A stretch of DNA of 64,000 nt from Macrostomum lignano (taxonomy: Eukaryota): assembly GCA_002269645.1 (NCBI GenBank), contig NIVC01003504.1:30611-94610 (forward strand), read 5' to 3'. The position numbers and the translations under genes were made by a program. The notes beneath the pieces were generated by a model, which searched no databases, was not told the origin of the DNA, and worked only from the letters and a program-made list of their open reading frames with translations. Below, in pieces: positions 12,620-26,244 of this stretch (position 1 is the stretch's first letter; every line of letters begins with the position of its first letter).

Positions 12620-13140
12620 GTGACCCTCTCCTCTCTCCCTCTCCCTCTACCCCTCTCCCTCTCTCCTTATCCTCTCCCTCTACCCCTCTCCTTCTTATCC
12701 TCTCCCTCTACCCCTCTACCCCTCTCCTTCTTATCCTCCCCCGCTACCCCTCTACCCCTCTCCTTCTTATCCTCTCCCTCTACCCCTCTACCCCTCTCCT
12801 TCTTATCCTCTCCCTCTACCCCTCTACCCCTCTCCTCTCTCCCTCTCTCTCTCTCTGTACTCCTCTCCTTCTTATCATCTAACCCCTACTCCTCTCCTTC
12901 TTATCCTCTCCCTCTACTCCTCTACCCCTCTCCTTCTTATCCTCTCCCTCTACCCCTCTCCTCTCTCCCTCTCTCTCTCTACTCCTCTTCTTCTTATCCT
13001 CTCCCACTATCCCTCTCCTTCTTACTTTTTTTCTTTACCCCTTTACCTCTCTCCTTATCCTCTCCCCTCTACCCCCTCATTCTTACCCTCTCACCTTAAT
13101 TCTCTCTATCTACCTCATTATTTTCCTATTCTTCCTCTCA
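12620..13140. repeat. Polypyrimidine CT-rich degenerate repeat
   Basis: CTCTCCCTCTACCCCTCTCCTTCTTATC-type units. Confidence 0.85.
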
Positions 13141-14289
13141 GCTCTCTTAAGCACCCTGCGCTCTCCCTCTTCTGTCTTTCTCTACCCTTACTTCCACCAA
13201 TTCTCTTTAAAAACTGCTCAGACTGCAGGCTGCTCCCTATTGATCAGCTGATCAGCCATCGCACTGCACAGTTTCTTATTGTCAAATTGATCAGGTTGGG
13301 AGACATCAGCTCCAAACTACCTCGCATCCCCCATGAGCTCACCTGGGTTCGGAGCCTCAGCACAGCCGCAAGCAGGTAGGCGACAAGCAAAGCACAAGAA
13401 GCGGACCCTCAGCGAGGAGAAAGCAGGTCAGAGCCTGGCGCGCAGAGTCGGGCTGACCTGTGACACAATTTAACCCAGGCGGTCGGGGTTGACAGAGTGG
13501 CGAGAGGGGGGGAAGAGGGCTGAAGACAAGCCAGTGACAATGAGCTCGAGTTTGCCTGGGCTGAGCAGCCGGTCCATCACCGCCCCCCCCTCTCTCCCCG
13601 CTCTCTTGTCGCACAGTTCGGCATGGAATTCTTTTGTTGTTCTGCAGCCTTCGCCAAGGTGGGCGTGGAATTTGTGCGAATCGGGCGAGTCCAGCTGCCT
13701 CCCTCCGCCATCAGCTCATTTAGCTTCTTCACTCTTAGCAGTAGGGGTTGAGCATTGGTTACTGTTTACCAAGTGGCCCTGGCTCTCCCGCTGCATTGCA
13801 TTCTGCCTCAGCCTCAGCCAGCTGACAGGTAGGAGGCGACTTCGATAAAGAGTTTCTGCCCCCCTACTGCAGGGCGAAGAAGCGGCCCAGCTCGACAAAA
13901 AAATCGAACAAAAGAGAAAAATGCAGCAGAAAGCGGTTTGCCATGAACTGTTGAATTGCCGGCCCTGAGCACTCGCTGACTCACTTGGCCATATTTGAAT
14001 AAATACTCCAATAGTTTGCATGCAGATTTATTTTCCAACAAAGAAGGCCAGCGCTGCATGCCAGGGCAACACCGGCCAGGCAAACAGAGAGTTTCTCCCT
14101 GTTCGTCTTGTTCATTTGCATTTCTCCGATGGAGTGTGAGAGACAGATAAAAAAAATTTAACCTTGTTTGCCAAGGTAGAAGCTGAGAAAGAGGTAACTG
14201 TGGCGACCTTGGGGCACTTTTAGGTGGGTTTGTTGCTCTTTGTAATTTGCTTCATCTCTTGAACTTCTCATGAATTCCAGAATCCATTA

Positions 14290-14730
14290 GCCATAGATCG
14301 CTAGAGTCCACTCCAGATCTTTAGAGTCCATTTTCAAATCTCTAGAGTCTATTCCCGAATCTCTATAGTCAATTCTCAAATCTCTAGAGTCGATTCTCTC
14401 ATCTCTAGAGTCGATTCTCAAATCTCTAGAGCCCATTCCCGAATCTCTATAGTCAATTCTAAAATCTCTAGAGTCAATTCTAAAATCTCTAGAGTCAATT
14501 CTAAAATCTCTAGAGTCAATTCTAAAATCTCTAGAGTCAATTCTAAAATCTCTAGAGTCAATTCTAAAATCTCTAGAGTCAATTCTCAAATCTCTAGAGT
14601 CCATTCCCGAATCTCTAGAGTCAATTCTCAAATCTCTAGAGTCCATTCCCGAATCTCTAGAGTCAATTCTCAAATCTCTAGAGTCAATTCTCAAATCTCT
14701 AGAGTCCATTTTGAGTCTCTAGAGCCCATT
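14290..14730. repeat. 21-bp minisatellite (TCTCTAGAGTCAATTCTCAAA)
   Basis: Direct tandem copies. Confidence 0.95.
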
Positions 14731-15789
14731 CCTTTTCGTTGGGTGACCATTTCGCAGCCGGATTCGCGTTGTACTCCAAAGCGAAAGGGTCAGTTTATAC
14801 CTTGTAGAAATTCATAAATTTAATATCGCGCTCAACCCTGACCCGGGGAGTCTTGCTGCACTGGATTGGTGCGACAGCTGCTATGCTAGACTCAGGATTA
14901 TCTTTTCTGAATAATAAATTCTACGGCAACAATTGGTACTGAAAGCTATTCCATCAATAATTAAAGAATTTTAATTCGTTAATTTTCTCGCTTTCGTTGT
15001 CAAGCTCAATTTACACTACTAAAAGTAGAAAATCTGGATTTCCTAATCTGAAATGCAGGAGATTTTGAAGAAAATGAGAAGTTTTTTTCTAAGAAACTTG
15101 CTAGGCACGCGAGTTTCTGGTTTATGATGTGACTAATAAAGTCACTACACTTCTCGTATTAAATGGGGATAAAATAGTTTTAGGGAAATGACTAAAGCAA
15201 GATTTATGGAAATCCTACAATAAAAAGTGTTCTCAGACACCATGATGTGAAAAAAACGCTCCAATCCTTCAATCGGCGTTGCCTTGACAACTTAATTGTT
15301 GCTAAATTTCTGCGGGAGCAAGTCTCGAGTTTCACTCCCCTGGAAGCAAATCCAGGTGTTCTTTTCTTTTGCCAGGCAGACTTAAACAGCCGATCATCGC
15401 CTGAAAAGCTTTCGTAATGATTTGAATATTTTTTCTTAAAATCCCCTCGAAGTTTTGTTGAAATTCGAGAGGTCAATAAGTCACGTAATTCTTGAAGATA
15501 AATTTAATCCCTTTCTTCTCACGCAGGTGGGCGTTGCTATGCGGAAAATTGTTGCGCAATCCATTTTATGTCGTGCCCGGCTCTCTCTTGGCCTGGAAAC
15601 TGACGCAACTTGTTTTTGAAAACTTTCTGGCTCTGACAAAGTGGGGCCTCTCTCAGTTTGTTTGCTTATTTAGTTATTTTCAAGGAAATTTTGAAACAAA
15701 GCACTACTAAAAACCGGAAATGGCTGATGAAGCATTGCAGCCTGCGATTTCACTTTTTTATGTTGAATTGTTAGATGGTTAGCGGTGCT

Positions 15790-16340
15790 TCGATTCAGAT
15801 AGCGGCTGCTTAGATTCAGATGGAGAGTGCGTAGATTCAGATTGCGAGTGCTCAGATTCAGATGGAGAGTGCTCAGATTCAGATGGAGAGTGCTCAGATT
15901 CAGATGGAGAGTGCATAGATTCAGATTGCGAGTGCTCAGATTCAGATGGAGAGAGCTTAGATTCAGATTGCGAGTGCTCAGATTCAGATGGAGAGTGCGT
16001 AGATTCAGATAGCGAGTGCTCAGATTCAGATGGAGAGTGCTTAGATTCAGATTGCGAGTGCTCAGATTCAGATGGAGAGTGCTTAGATTCAGATTGCGAG
16101 TGCTCAGATTCAGATGGAGAGTGCTTAGATTCAGATTGCGAGTGCTCAGATTCAGATGGAGAGTGCTTAGATTCAGATTGCGAGTGCTCAGATTCAGATG
16201 GAGAGTGCTCAGATTCAGATGGAGAGTGCATAGATTCAGATTGCGAGTGCTCAGATTCAGATTGCGAGTGCTCAGATTCAGATTGCGAGTGCTCAGATTC
16301 AGATGGAGAGTGCATAGATTCAGATAGTGAGTGCTCAGAT
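15790..16340. repeat. 21-bp minisatellite (AGATTCAGATGGAGAGTGCTC)
   Basis: Direct tandem copies with two alternating variants. Confidence 0.95.
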
Positions 16341-17169
16341 TCAGGCGGATATGAGATGCAGCGAAACAGGCGAAATGCTTTCAGGATGCGGGATCAGCCC
16401 GCCTCTTCCTTCCCGCATTCGAAATTGTTTGCAGAGCGCTGCAGCACCCCCGCTTGTCCGTGTCTTCTGCTCGATTTTGTTCTCTCAGAGTTGGTTTTTA
16501 CCTTCCGCTTGTCTTCAGGCCGGGGCTGTAAATCCATTCGGGGGGGTGGGCGTGGAAATCCTCTGATTCGAAATGGGGGGAGGAGGCGCGGAGGCTGGAG
16601 CCGCCAGACAGGGCAATAAAGCGCAGGTGATAGGAGAATTAGCGCTGGCTGGAGACCATGGATTTCTAATCTAGCCTAGCATCTGTTATTAGAATTGCTA
16701 AGCCAGTCCAGAGTCTTACATTTAAAGCTCCATGGCTTGCTGCGACAAATTTTAAAAATCTTCTCGGTCGGTTACGGGAAATTGTGCGGGGGTGACCACT
16801 ATAGAGAGGGGAGATATGAGGGGATGAATGAAGAGACACAGCTGAGAGCCTCCTCTCGAACCCTGAAAATCGGGGATTTCGCACGAACCGCAACATGGCG
16901 GAGTCGGGGCCGCTATAATTTATTGCAAACTGTCTCTCAAAGCATCCCAGGTGAGGAATTGTTTATTCGGCAAAAAATGATCCACCGGCCGCCTCTTTAT
17001 CTTATCAGCCGCCTATCTGCTCAGCCCGAGCTCAGATGCTGGAACTCCCCGTAATGCTGGAGGTCCCCGCCACGAGCGCAGCTTTTGCATTGCATTGGCC
17101 TCGGGGTCCGCGCGAGCGAATTGTTTGTTGAAACTTCGGCGCCTCGGGACTTGGTTTGGCGCTCTAGCT

Positions 17170-17880
17170 GGCGCATCTCAGATCAATTTGGCGCATTTGG
17201 CGCATCTCAAATCAATTCAGCGCATGTCAAATCAATTCAGCGCATCTCAGATCAATTTGGCGCATGTCAAATCAATTCAGCGCATCTCAGATCAATTTGG
17301 CGCATCTCAAATCAATTCAGCGCATCTCAAATCAATTCAGCGCATCTCAGATCAATTCAGCGCATGTCAAATCAATTTAGCGCATCTCAGATCAATTCAG
17401 CGCATGTCAAATCAATTCAGCGCATCTCAAATCAATTCAGCGCATCTCAGATCAATTCAGCGCATTTCAAATCAATTCAGCGCATCTCAGATCAATTTGG
17501 CGCATCTCAAATCAATTTGGCGCATCTCAGATCAATTTGGCGCATCTCAAATCAATTTGGCGCATCTCAAATCAATTCAGCGCATCTCAAATCAATTCAG
17601 CGCATCTCAAATCAATTCAGCGCATCTCAAATCAATTCAGCGCATCTCAAATCAATTCAGCGCATCTCAAATCAATTCAGCGCATCTCAAATCAATTCAG
17701 CGCATCTCAAATCAATTCAGCGCATCTCAAATCAATTTGGCGCATCTCAGATCAATTTGGCGCATCTCAGATCAATTTGGCGCATCTCAAATCAATTCAG
17801 CGCATCTCAAATCAATTCAGCGCATCTCAGATCGATTCGGCGCATCTCAAATCAATTCAGTGCATCTCAGATCAATTTGA
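17170..17880. repeat. 20-bp minisatellite (CGCATCTCAAATCAATTCAG)
   Basis: Direct tandem copies. Confidence 0.95.
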
Positions 17881-18499
17881 TAATCCAAGTTCCAACCCGA
17901 AAGGCTCACGGAGGAGATGGCAGCGGCTCCTTTGTCCCATTCCCAAGTCTCCGAGCGCTGTTTAGACAAGAAACAGAGACTGACAAGCCGGATAGGAAAT
18001 TTATAATTAGTAATCCGCCCCCACTTCAAGGATTGTCCACTCAGACGGTGGAAGAGTTGAGCAGTTTTTCATTCCCAGCAGCTGCAGGGTATCCCAGTCT
18101 CGCAGGGCAGCGGCAGCAGTGGCATGCAGTGGGTGTTGACACACTGACACATCTGCTGCCAAATTATTCATCTCTACTTGGCCGCTTCTCAAATAAGCCG
18201 CCCCTGTGCCTGTCTGTCCTTCGTGCCTCTCCTGCAATTTTTGCATTAAAAAACTTCACTTTCCACCGGAGCGCAGGTTTGCCTGCCGCCACCTGGGGGG
18301 AAGGGAGCTGGGAGTCTCGGACAGGACCGGTTTCGGGAGTTTGCCTTCCCGCAGCTCGGACTGCCAGGTGGCAGCGCGGAGTCCCCTCGGTCAACACGGT
18401 GCAGAAGATGGGATGGGGAAATTGTTTAGGCACCTGAAATTTTAAAGCTGCTTTTGCTGCTACATCTTGCCTGAGTTTGCTGCGCTTTTTATGCAGAAT

Positions 18500-19130
18500 T
18501 GATACAGACCCAAGCGACTCATCTACAGATCCGCCCGACTCATCTACAGACCCACCTGACTCATCTACAGATCCGCCCGACTCATCTACAGACCCACCTG
18601 ACTCATCTACAGACCCACCTGACTCATCTACAGACCCACCTGACTCATCTACAGACCCACCTGACTCATCTACAGACCCACCTGACTCATCTACAGACCC
18701 ACCTGACTCATCTACAGATGGGCCTGTCTCATGTACAGACCCACCTGACTCATCTACAGACCCACCTGACTCATCTACAGATGGGCCTGTCTCATGTACA
18801 GACCCACCTGACTCATCTACAGACCCACCTGACTCATCTACAGACCCACCTGACTCATCTACAGATGGGCCTGTCTCATGTACAGACCCACCTGACTCAT
18901 CTACAGACCCACCTGACTCATCTACAGATGGGCCTGTCTCATGTACAGACCCACCTGACTCATCTACAGACACACCTGACTCATCTACAGACACACCTGA
19001 CTCATCTACAGACACACCTGACTCATCTACAGACCCACCTGACTCATCTACAGACCCACCTGACTCATCTACAGACCCACCTGACTCATCTACAGATGGG
19101 CCTGTCTCATGTACAGATGTGCCTATCTCT
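18500..19130. repeat. 21-bp minisatellite (CTGACTCATCTACAGACCCAC)
   Basis: Direct tandem copies with interspersed ATGGGCCTGTCTCATGT variants. Confidence 0.95.
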
Positions 19131-19159
19131 GACACTGACTAGATACAAACGGACAGGGT

Positions 19160-19830
19160 TAGACTGACAGGATGAAACTGACAGGATGAAACTGACAGGA
19201 TGAAACTGACAGGATGAAACTGACAGGATGAAACTGACAGGATGAAACTGACAGGATGAAACTGACAGGATGAAACTGACAGGATGAAACTGACAGGATG
19301 AAACTGACAGGATGAAACTGACAGGATGAAACTGACAGGATGAAACTGACAGGATGAAACTGACAGGATGAAACTGACAGGATGAAACTGACAGGATGAA
19401 ACTGACAGGATGAAACTGACAGGATGAAACTGACAGGATGAAACTGACAGGATGAAACTGACAGGATGAAACTGACAGGATGAAACTGACAGGATGAAAC
19501 TGACAGGATGAAACTGACAGGATGAAACTGACAGGATGAAACTGACAGGATGAAACTGACAGGATGAAACTGACAGGATGAAACTGACAGGATGAAACTG
19601 ACAGGATGAAACTGACAGGATGAAACTGACAGGATGAAACTGACAGGATGAAACTGACAGGATGAAACTGACAGGATGAAACTGACAGGATGAAACTGAC
19701 AGGATGAAACTGACAGGATGAAACTGACAGGATGAAACTGACAGGATGAAACTGACAGGATGAAACTGACAGGATGAAACTGACAGGATGAAACTGACAG
19801 GATGGAACTGACAGGATGAAACTGACAAGG
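19160..19830. repeat. 14-bp minisatellite (GATGAAACTGACAG)
   Basis: Near-perfect tandem copies. Confidence 0.95.
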
Positions 19831-20331
19831 CAAGAAGCACATTTAGCAGATATGATGGATTTCTCCCAACGCTACTAGGAGTTCACAGTGTAATATTTAC
19901 TTTATATATATTTGAGACACTAAAACTGCCGCAGGTGTTTGAGGTTTATCAGTGATGAAGCAGTGACACAAACGCTGGACAATGCAGAGCATAAAACGAC
20001 AGTTACAAAAAGCATTAAATTGCAAAACAGCAATCATACGATACACCTGATAAACATTTGATTTCATTCAAAACAAAGAAGCAGAACAAGCTGCAACACT
20101 GGAGCAAATCGATAATGAGCAGTGAGAGCAATATTGAAGGTTTACAAAACACGAGGAAAAAGTGCTGACACGGCAGACACGCGCAGGGGATACGGCGGCG
20201 GCACAGAAGCAGAATATTGCAACAAAGTGCAGATTATCAAAATGAAAATCGGAGAAACGCTACTGGACTTGGGATTGAGAAACGCGAGGGGAACTTGAGG
20301 ACAGAGAGCAGGACAGACTGGCGGCGCTTTT

Positions 20332-23020
20332 CTAAGCCTCATCAACCGCGCTGCCCTCCTCAGCCTCAGCCTCCGATTCTTCATCGTCGACTTCCTCCGC
20401 CTCATCTTCGTCTGCCTCGTCGAAGACGTCGCTGATGGAAGCCGCGGCCGCCGCCTCGCTGCCGCCTTCGCCGCTGCCTTCGTTGCCGCCGGCTCCGTTG
20501 CAGAGGTCGCCGAGGCTGCGGCGCCGGCCAAGTCGGTGGATGTTCTTGAGGTGGCGCTGCATGTTGGAGCTGATGCTGAAGGCCCGGTCGCACAGCGGGC
20601 ACTGGTACGGCTGCTCCCCCGTGTGCGTGCGCAGGTGCCGGGCCAGGTTGGCCGCCCGCGGGAAACACTTGCCGCAGAAGTCGCAGGCGTGCCGGCGTCT
20701 GCGCCGTGTGAGCAGCCGCTGCTGCTGCCGCTCCGGCTGTTGCTGAAGCGCCGGCGGATTCTCCAGCAGCTGCTGCTGGTTGGCGAGGCTCCAGAAGGTC
20801 GCCGGATCCGTGACGCCGGGACGACGTGGCGGGGCGCTTGGGCTGAGCGATCGCGGCCGCTGGGCAGGCGGCGGCAGCTGCGGCTCGGCGGCTCGCTGGC
20901 GAATCTCAGAGGCTGGAGACGTCGACCTTGGAGGCGTCGGCGGCGGAGGCGGCGGGAGCGGAGACGGCAGGCGCTTGAAACCCCTGGGCTTGGGCACGCT
21001 GAGGTCCAGCGGTTGCTGCTGCTGCTGCTGCTTAAGATGCGGGGGCTGCTGGAACTGGGCCGGCAGAGGCGGCGGTGGCGGCGGAGGCGGCAGGAAGGCC
21101 GGTCCGCTGCATGGGCCGCTGCTGGCACCGAAGCGGTGCTGCTGCTGCATCAGCTGTGTCTGCTGCCGAAACAGCTGCGGCCAGGGCAGCGGCGGCGGCT
21201 GCAGCTGCGGTTGCTGCGGAACCAACGCGGCCGGGAAGAACGAAGCCAGCGAGCACGGCGGGGGCAGCGGCAGGATCGGAGGCGGCGGCGGCGGCGGCAA
21301 CGAGAGAAGCCGCGATGACTGCGAGTGCAGCGGCAGCGGCGACTGCTGCTGTGGGCACTCGGGGCCGGGGCTGTGACAGGCCCGCCTGTGCCGTTCAAGC
21401 GAGTGCGCGGTGGAGAAGCGCTGGTCGCAGGCAGGGCAGGCGACCTTCTGGCGGCAGGCTGGCTGCATCCGCTTGTGCCGGCAGAGGTTGGAGAACTGAG
21501 TGTAGCTCTTCTTGCACGCGTCGCACTGGTAGGGCTTGTGCGTGGCGTGGATGTGCATGTGCTGCTTGAGGCCGCTGGCGGTGCCAAAGCGCTTGTCGCA
21601 CACCTGGCAGGCGTGCGGCGGCTGCCCGCAGCTGGGAGCGGCGGCGACCTCGGCGCTGCCAACGAACTGACAATTGAGGGAGTCGCCTTGCCGGACAGGC
21701 GGACTGGAGATTTGGGTGGGAATTTTTATGAAGCTTTGGGTTTTAGGCTGGAAACCTGACCGCAACTCTATCATTCTCTATGATCCGATGAGACTATCTA
21801 TGACCCAATGAGACTATCTATGACCCAATGAGACTATCTATGACCCAATGAGACTATCTATGACCCAATGAGACTATCTATGACCCAATGAGACTATCTA
21901 TGACCCAATGAGACTATCTATGACCCAATGAGACTATCTATGACCCAATGAGACTATCTATGACCCAATGAGACTATCTATGACCCAATGAGACTATCTA
22001 CGACCCAATGAGACTATCTATGACCCAAGGAGACTATCTACGACCCAATGAGACTATCTATGACCCAATGAGACTATCTATGACCCAATGAGACCTATCT
22101 ATGACCCAAGGAGACTATCTATGACCAAATGAGACTATATATGACCCAATGAGACTATCTATGACCCGATGAGACTGTCTATGACCAGATGAGACTATAT
22201 ATGACCCAATGAGACCTATATATGACCCAAGGAGACTATCTATGACCAAATGAGACTATATATGACCCAATGAGACTATCTATGACCCAATGAGACTATC
22301 TATGACCCAATGAGACTATCTATGACCCAATGAGACTATCTATGACCCAATGAGACTATCTATGACCCAATGAGACTATCTATGACCCAAGGAGACTATC
22401 TATGATTCAATGAGACTATCTATGATCCGATGAGACTATCTATGACCCAATGAGACTATCTATGACCCGATGAGACTATCTATGACCAGATGAGACTATA
22501 TATGACCCAATGAGACTATCTATGACCCAATGAGACTATCTATGACCCAATGAGACTATCTATGACCCAATGAGACTATCTATGACCCAATGAGACTATC
22601 TATGACCCAAGGAGACTATCTATGACCCAATTAGATCTATTTATGATCCAATGAGATCCAATGACCCATTTTTTTGTATCTATAAATCTATATTAGTATC
22701 TATAAAAACTTAAATTCAATGAAATTATTTGGCTTGAGGCTCACCTGGATGAGCAGTTGACAGCGGCAGCAGCGGCGGCGGCGGCAGCTGCGCAGGTGAC
22801 GGCCCGGTTGCAGGTGGCCAGCAGGCGACGCTTGGCTGCGAGCTCGGCGCTGGGGTTGCGGCACAGCGAGGCCTGGTGCCGCCGGAGCGAGCCGGAGCTG
22901 CGAAACGACTCTCCGCAGTCGGGGCAGGCAAAGGCGGCGACTGCGGTGGACAGAGCGGCGGAGGCGGAGGCGTCTGGAATCGCGGAAACGGCGAGGCTGC
23001 TGCTGGTGACCGTTGGTCCT
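20332..23020 (-). CDS. MECOM: Evi1/MECOM/PRDM16 (egl-43/hamlet) family C2H2 zinc-finger transcription factor, 5' end uncertain
   Basis: Exon 21703-20332 encodes [53 protein letters not shown], the CtBP motif [52 protein letters not shown] and an acidic tail, all Evi1-family hallmarks. An upstream exon ~23020-22745 encodes the CCHC finger [22 protein letters not shown]; its phase-2 donor matches the acceptor at 21704. Further 5' exons are not resolved. Confidence 0.88.
21775..22660. repeat. 20-bp minisatellite (TATGACCCAATGAGACTATC) in zinc-finger gene intron
   Basis: Direct tandem copies. Confidence 0.95.
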
Positions 23021-23434
23021 CTTAGATTCCCTTTGGTGCAGTGCCCCTCTCACCTTTTTGCTCCAGGATCTTCTCGCTCCAAGCCCTCCCCCCTACTCCC
23101 CTCCCCTCCGATCCAGGTTCCAGCCAGACACCCACCCCCCTCCGCCGGGCCGCCATTGGCTCCGATCGGCACTCTGTTTAACGTGCCGGCATTGACAAGT
23201 CCTGTGCAATCGCTGCGGTGAATCAGCCCTATTGTTATTTTCTATTCTCACCTGCTTGCAAGTCCGAGGCATTGCCTGGAGCTTCCAGCTGCCGCTCCTC
23301 ATCCTCGGGTCATCAGACAGAGCGCCTCCGCGGCAGAGTTGGCCAAAAAGAAGCAGATCGCGCCTCTGCCGCTCCAGTTGGTGCTGGCTGTGGCGAAAGC
23401 CTGGAAACTGGAAGTGGGGAAGGGGTAGGCGATT

Positions 23435-24235
23435 ATCTGTGTGTCTGATGATGATCTGTGTGATCTGATGATGATCTGGGTGATCTGATGATGATGATCT
23501 GGGTGATCTGATGATGATGATCTGGGTGATCTGATGATGCTCTGTGTGATCTGATGATGATCTGTGTGTCTGATGATGATCTGTGTGATCTGATGATGAT
23601 CTGGGTGATCTGATGATGATGATCTGGGTGATCTGATGATGATGATCTGGGTGATCTGATGATGCTCTGTGTGATCTGATGATGATCTGTGTGATCTGAT
23701 GATGATCTGGGTGATCTGATGATGATCTGGGTGATCTGATGATGATCTGGGTGATCTGATGATGATCTGGTTGATCTGATGATGATGATCTGGGTGATCT
23801 GATGATGATCTGGGTGATTTGATGATGATCTGGGTGATCTGATGATGCTCTGTGTGATCTGATGATGATCTGGGTGATCTGATGATGATCTGGGTGATTT
23901 GATGATGATCTGGGTGATCTGATGATGATCTGGGTGATTTGATGATGATCTGGGTGATCTGATGATGATCTGGGTGATCTGATGATGATCTGTGTGATCT
24001 GATGATGATCTGGGTGATCTGATGATGATCTGGGTGATCTGATGATGATCTGGGTGATCTGATGATGATCTGGGTGATCTGATGATGATCTGGGTGATCT
24101 GATGATGATCTGGGTGATCTGATGATGATCTGGGTGATCTGATGATGATCTGGGTGATCTGATGATGATCTGGGTGATTTGATGATGATCTGGGTGATCT
24201 GATGATGATCTGGGTGATCTGATGTGATGATGATC
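23435..24235. repeat. 20-bp minisatellite (TGATGATGATCTGGGTGATC)
   Basis: Direct tandem copies. Confidence 0.95.
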
Positions 24236-24279
24236 CGTGTGGTGAATAATGACGAACTAAGACACCAAATAATGGACTG

Positions 24280-24436
24280 AGTGACCTACTCATGAACCGA
24301 GTGACCTACTCATGAACCGAGTGACCTACTCATAAACCGAGTGACCTACTCATAAACCGAGTGACCTACTCATAAACCGAGTGACCTACTCATAAACCGA
24401 GTGACCTACTCATAAACCGAGTGACCTACTCATGAA
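24280..24436. repeat. 20-bp minisatellite (CATAAACCGAGTGACCTACT)
   Basis: About 8 tandem copies. Confidence 0.9.
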
Positions 24437-25224
24437 ATGGCTGAAAAGGAGTCAGGAGCCACAGAGGAGCTGTAAAGAACCCACTGCATATCCGGAGGAC
24501 CTGTGACCCCCAGCCCCAGTCACATTGCTGTCAAGCACAAAGAATGGAATGGGAAAATCAAGATACAGAATATGAATTGCGTCCCAGTGCCAATGCCCGC
24601 ATATCAGCCCTGTGTAAGACTCAAGTGCCGGTCACCCGAATGGATACAGTTAAACTATAAACTGTATTATCAGCAAACAGACAGATTGCAGATTTCATTC
24701 AGTTCTGCAAAGAGAATGTACCGATCAGGAAGTGCTCTCGCTTACCTCGTCAGTCAGTAGGCCAGCCATTGTGCCGGGTTCAGAGAGAGAGATATTGGCG
24801 GCTCCTGCGTGGTGGCGGCTGCAATGAGGGGGGAGGGGGTTGCAGTTCTGGTTTCGGCTATGGCGCTGAATTGTAACGATTTCCATTCTCTATGGCCGAA
24901 GCCGAATGAAAGCTTAAACAGTATGCGGCAGTGGTCATAAATCAATGCTGTTTAGGACAGCACGCGGCGGCAGTTCTGATGCAGCAAATATGACCAGCTG
25001 GCACCATCGGACACATCGGTCACCTGACACCGGCTTCAACTGACGCTCGTGCCATTGAGACCCCGCGCTTAAAGCCCCGTATCAGACAGGACAAGGAGAT
25101 TCTGCCCTCATTCAGCCATCTAATCGCTGATTTTACAATTCACCTTTTTTATGCAAGAGATTGTCCACCTGTGGCTTCTAACTGCAGCAGGGTCCGATTG
25201 TGAAAGTGGGGAAAACTGGGAATA

Positions 25225-25915
25225 GATATGGGAGAGGAGATGGAGAAGGGAGAGGAGATGGAGAGGGGAGAGGAGATGGAGAGGGGAGAAGAGATGTAGA
25301 GGGGAGAAGAGATGGAAAGGGAGAAGAGATGGAGAGGGGAGAAGAGATGGAGAGGGGAGAGGAGATGGAGAGGGGAGAAGAGATGGAGAGGGGAGAAGAG
25401 ATGGAGAGGGGAGAAGAGATGGAGAAAGGAGAAGAGATGGAGAGGGCAGAGGAGATGGAGAGGGGAGAAGAGATGGAAAGGGGAGAAGAGATGGAGAGGG
25501 GAGAAGAGATGGAGAGGGGAGAGGAGATGGAGAGGGGAGAAGAGATGGAGAGGGGAGAAGAGATGGAGAGGGGAGAAGAGATGGAGAAAGGAGAAGAGAT
25601 GGAGAGGGCAGAGGAGATGGAGAGGGGAGAAGAGATGGAGAGGGGAGAAGAGATGGAGAGGGGAGAAGAGATGGAGAGGGGAGAAGAGATGGAGAGGGGA
25701 GAGGAGATGGAGAGGGGAGAAGAGATGGAGAAAGGAGAAGAGATGGAGAGGGCAGAGGAGATGGAGAGGGGAGAAGAGATGGAGAGGGGAGAGGAGATGG
25801 AGAGGGGAGAGGAGATGGAGAGGGGAGAGGAGATGGAGAGGGAGAGGAGATGGAGAGGGGAGAGGAGATGGAGAGGGGAGAGGAGATGGAGAGGGAGAGG
25901 AGATGGAGTGGGGAG
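25225..25915. repeat. 18-bp purine-rich minisatellite (GAGATGGAGAGGGGAGAA)
   Basis: Direct tandem copies. Confidence 0.95.
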
Positions 25916-26244
25916 GGAAAGATGCTAGAGAGACGAGCGTGCAAGTTTAAATAAAAAAGCTCGCTTACCTTTTTAAAGAATTTTTAATTATTTTAAACTT
26001 GAAAACAAAAGGAGGGAAGACGGCAAGACAGGCGCAGTCACTCAGCCAGAGCTCGCGGGAAATATTGGGAAATTCTTCCCCTATTTGACCAGCCTCATCC
26101 ACTCCCACTGCTGGCAGCCTCCCGCCTTTGCTCAACTCACTTGAGATGAGGCGGTGGTGTCTCAGAGCTGATTGGTTGATGGGATGCGCGGAGTCGAGAA
26201 AAGAGAGATTGAGAGAGTTGAGGCAAAGATATTTTAGGTAGATA

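Noticed and set aside
13340-18480. Additional protein-coding gene between TRPM and the zinc-finger gene
   Set aside because: Only short motif-less ORFs and candidate exons with stops in all frames; more likely TRPM 5' UTR or regulatory sequence
20142-21759. Overlapping antisense and alternate-frame ORFs over GC-rich exons (also at LDB exon 3, SMG5 and the RT)
   Set aside because: Expected shadow ORFs of high-GC coding sequence, with no independent motifs
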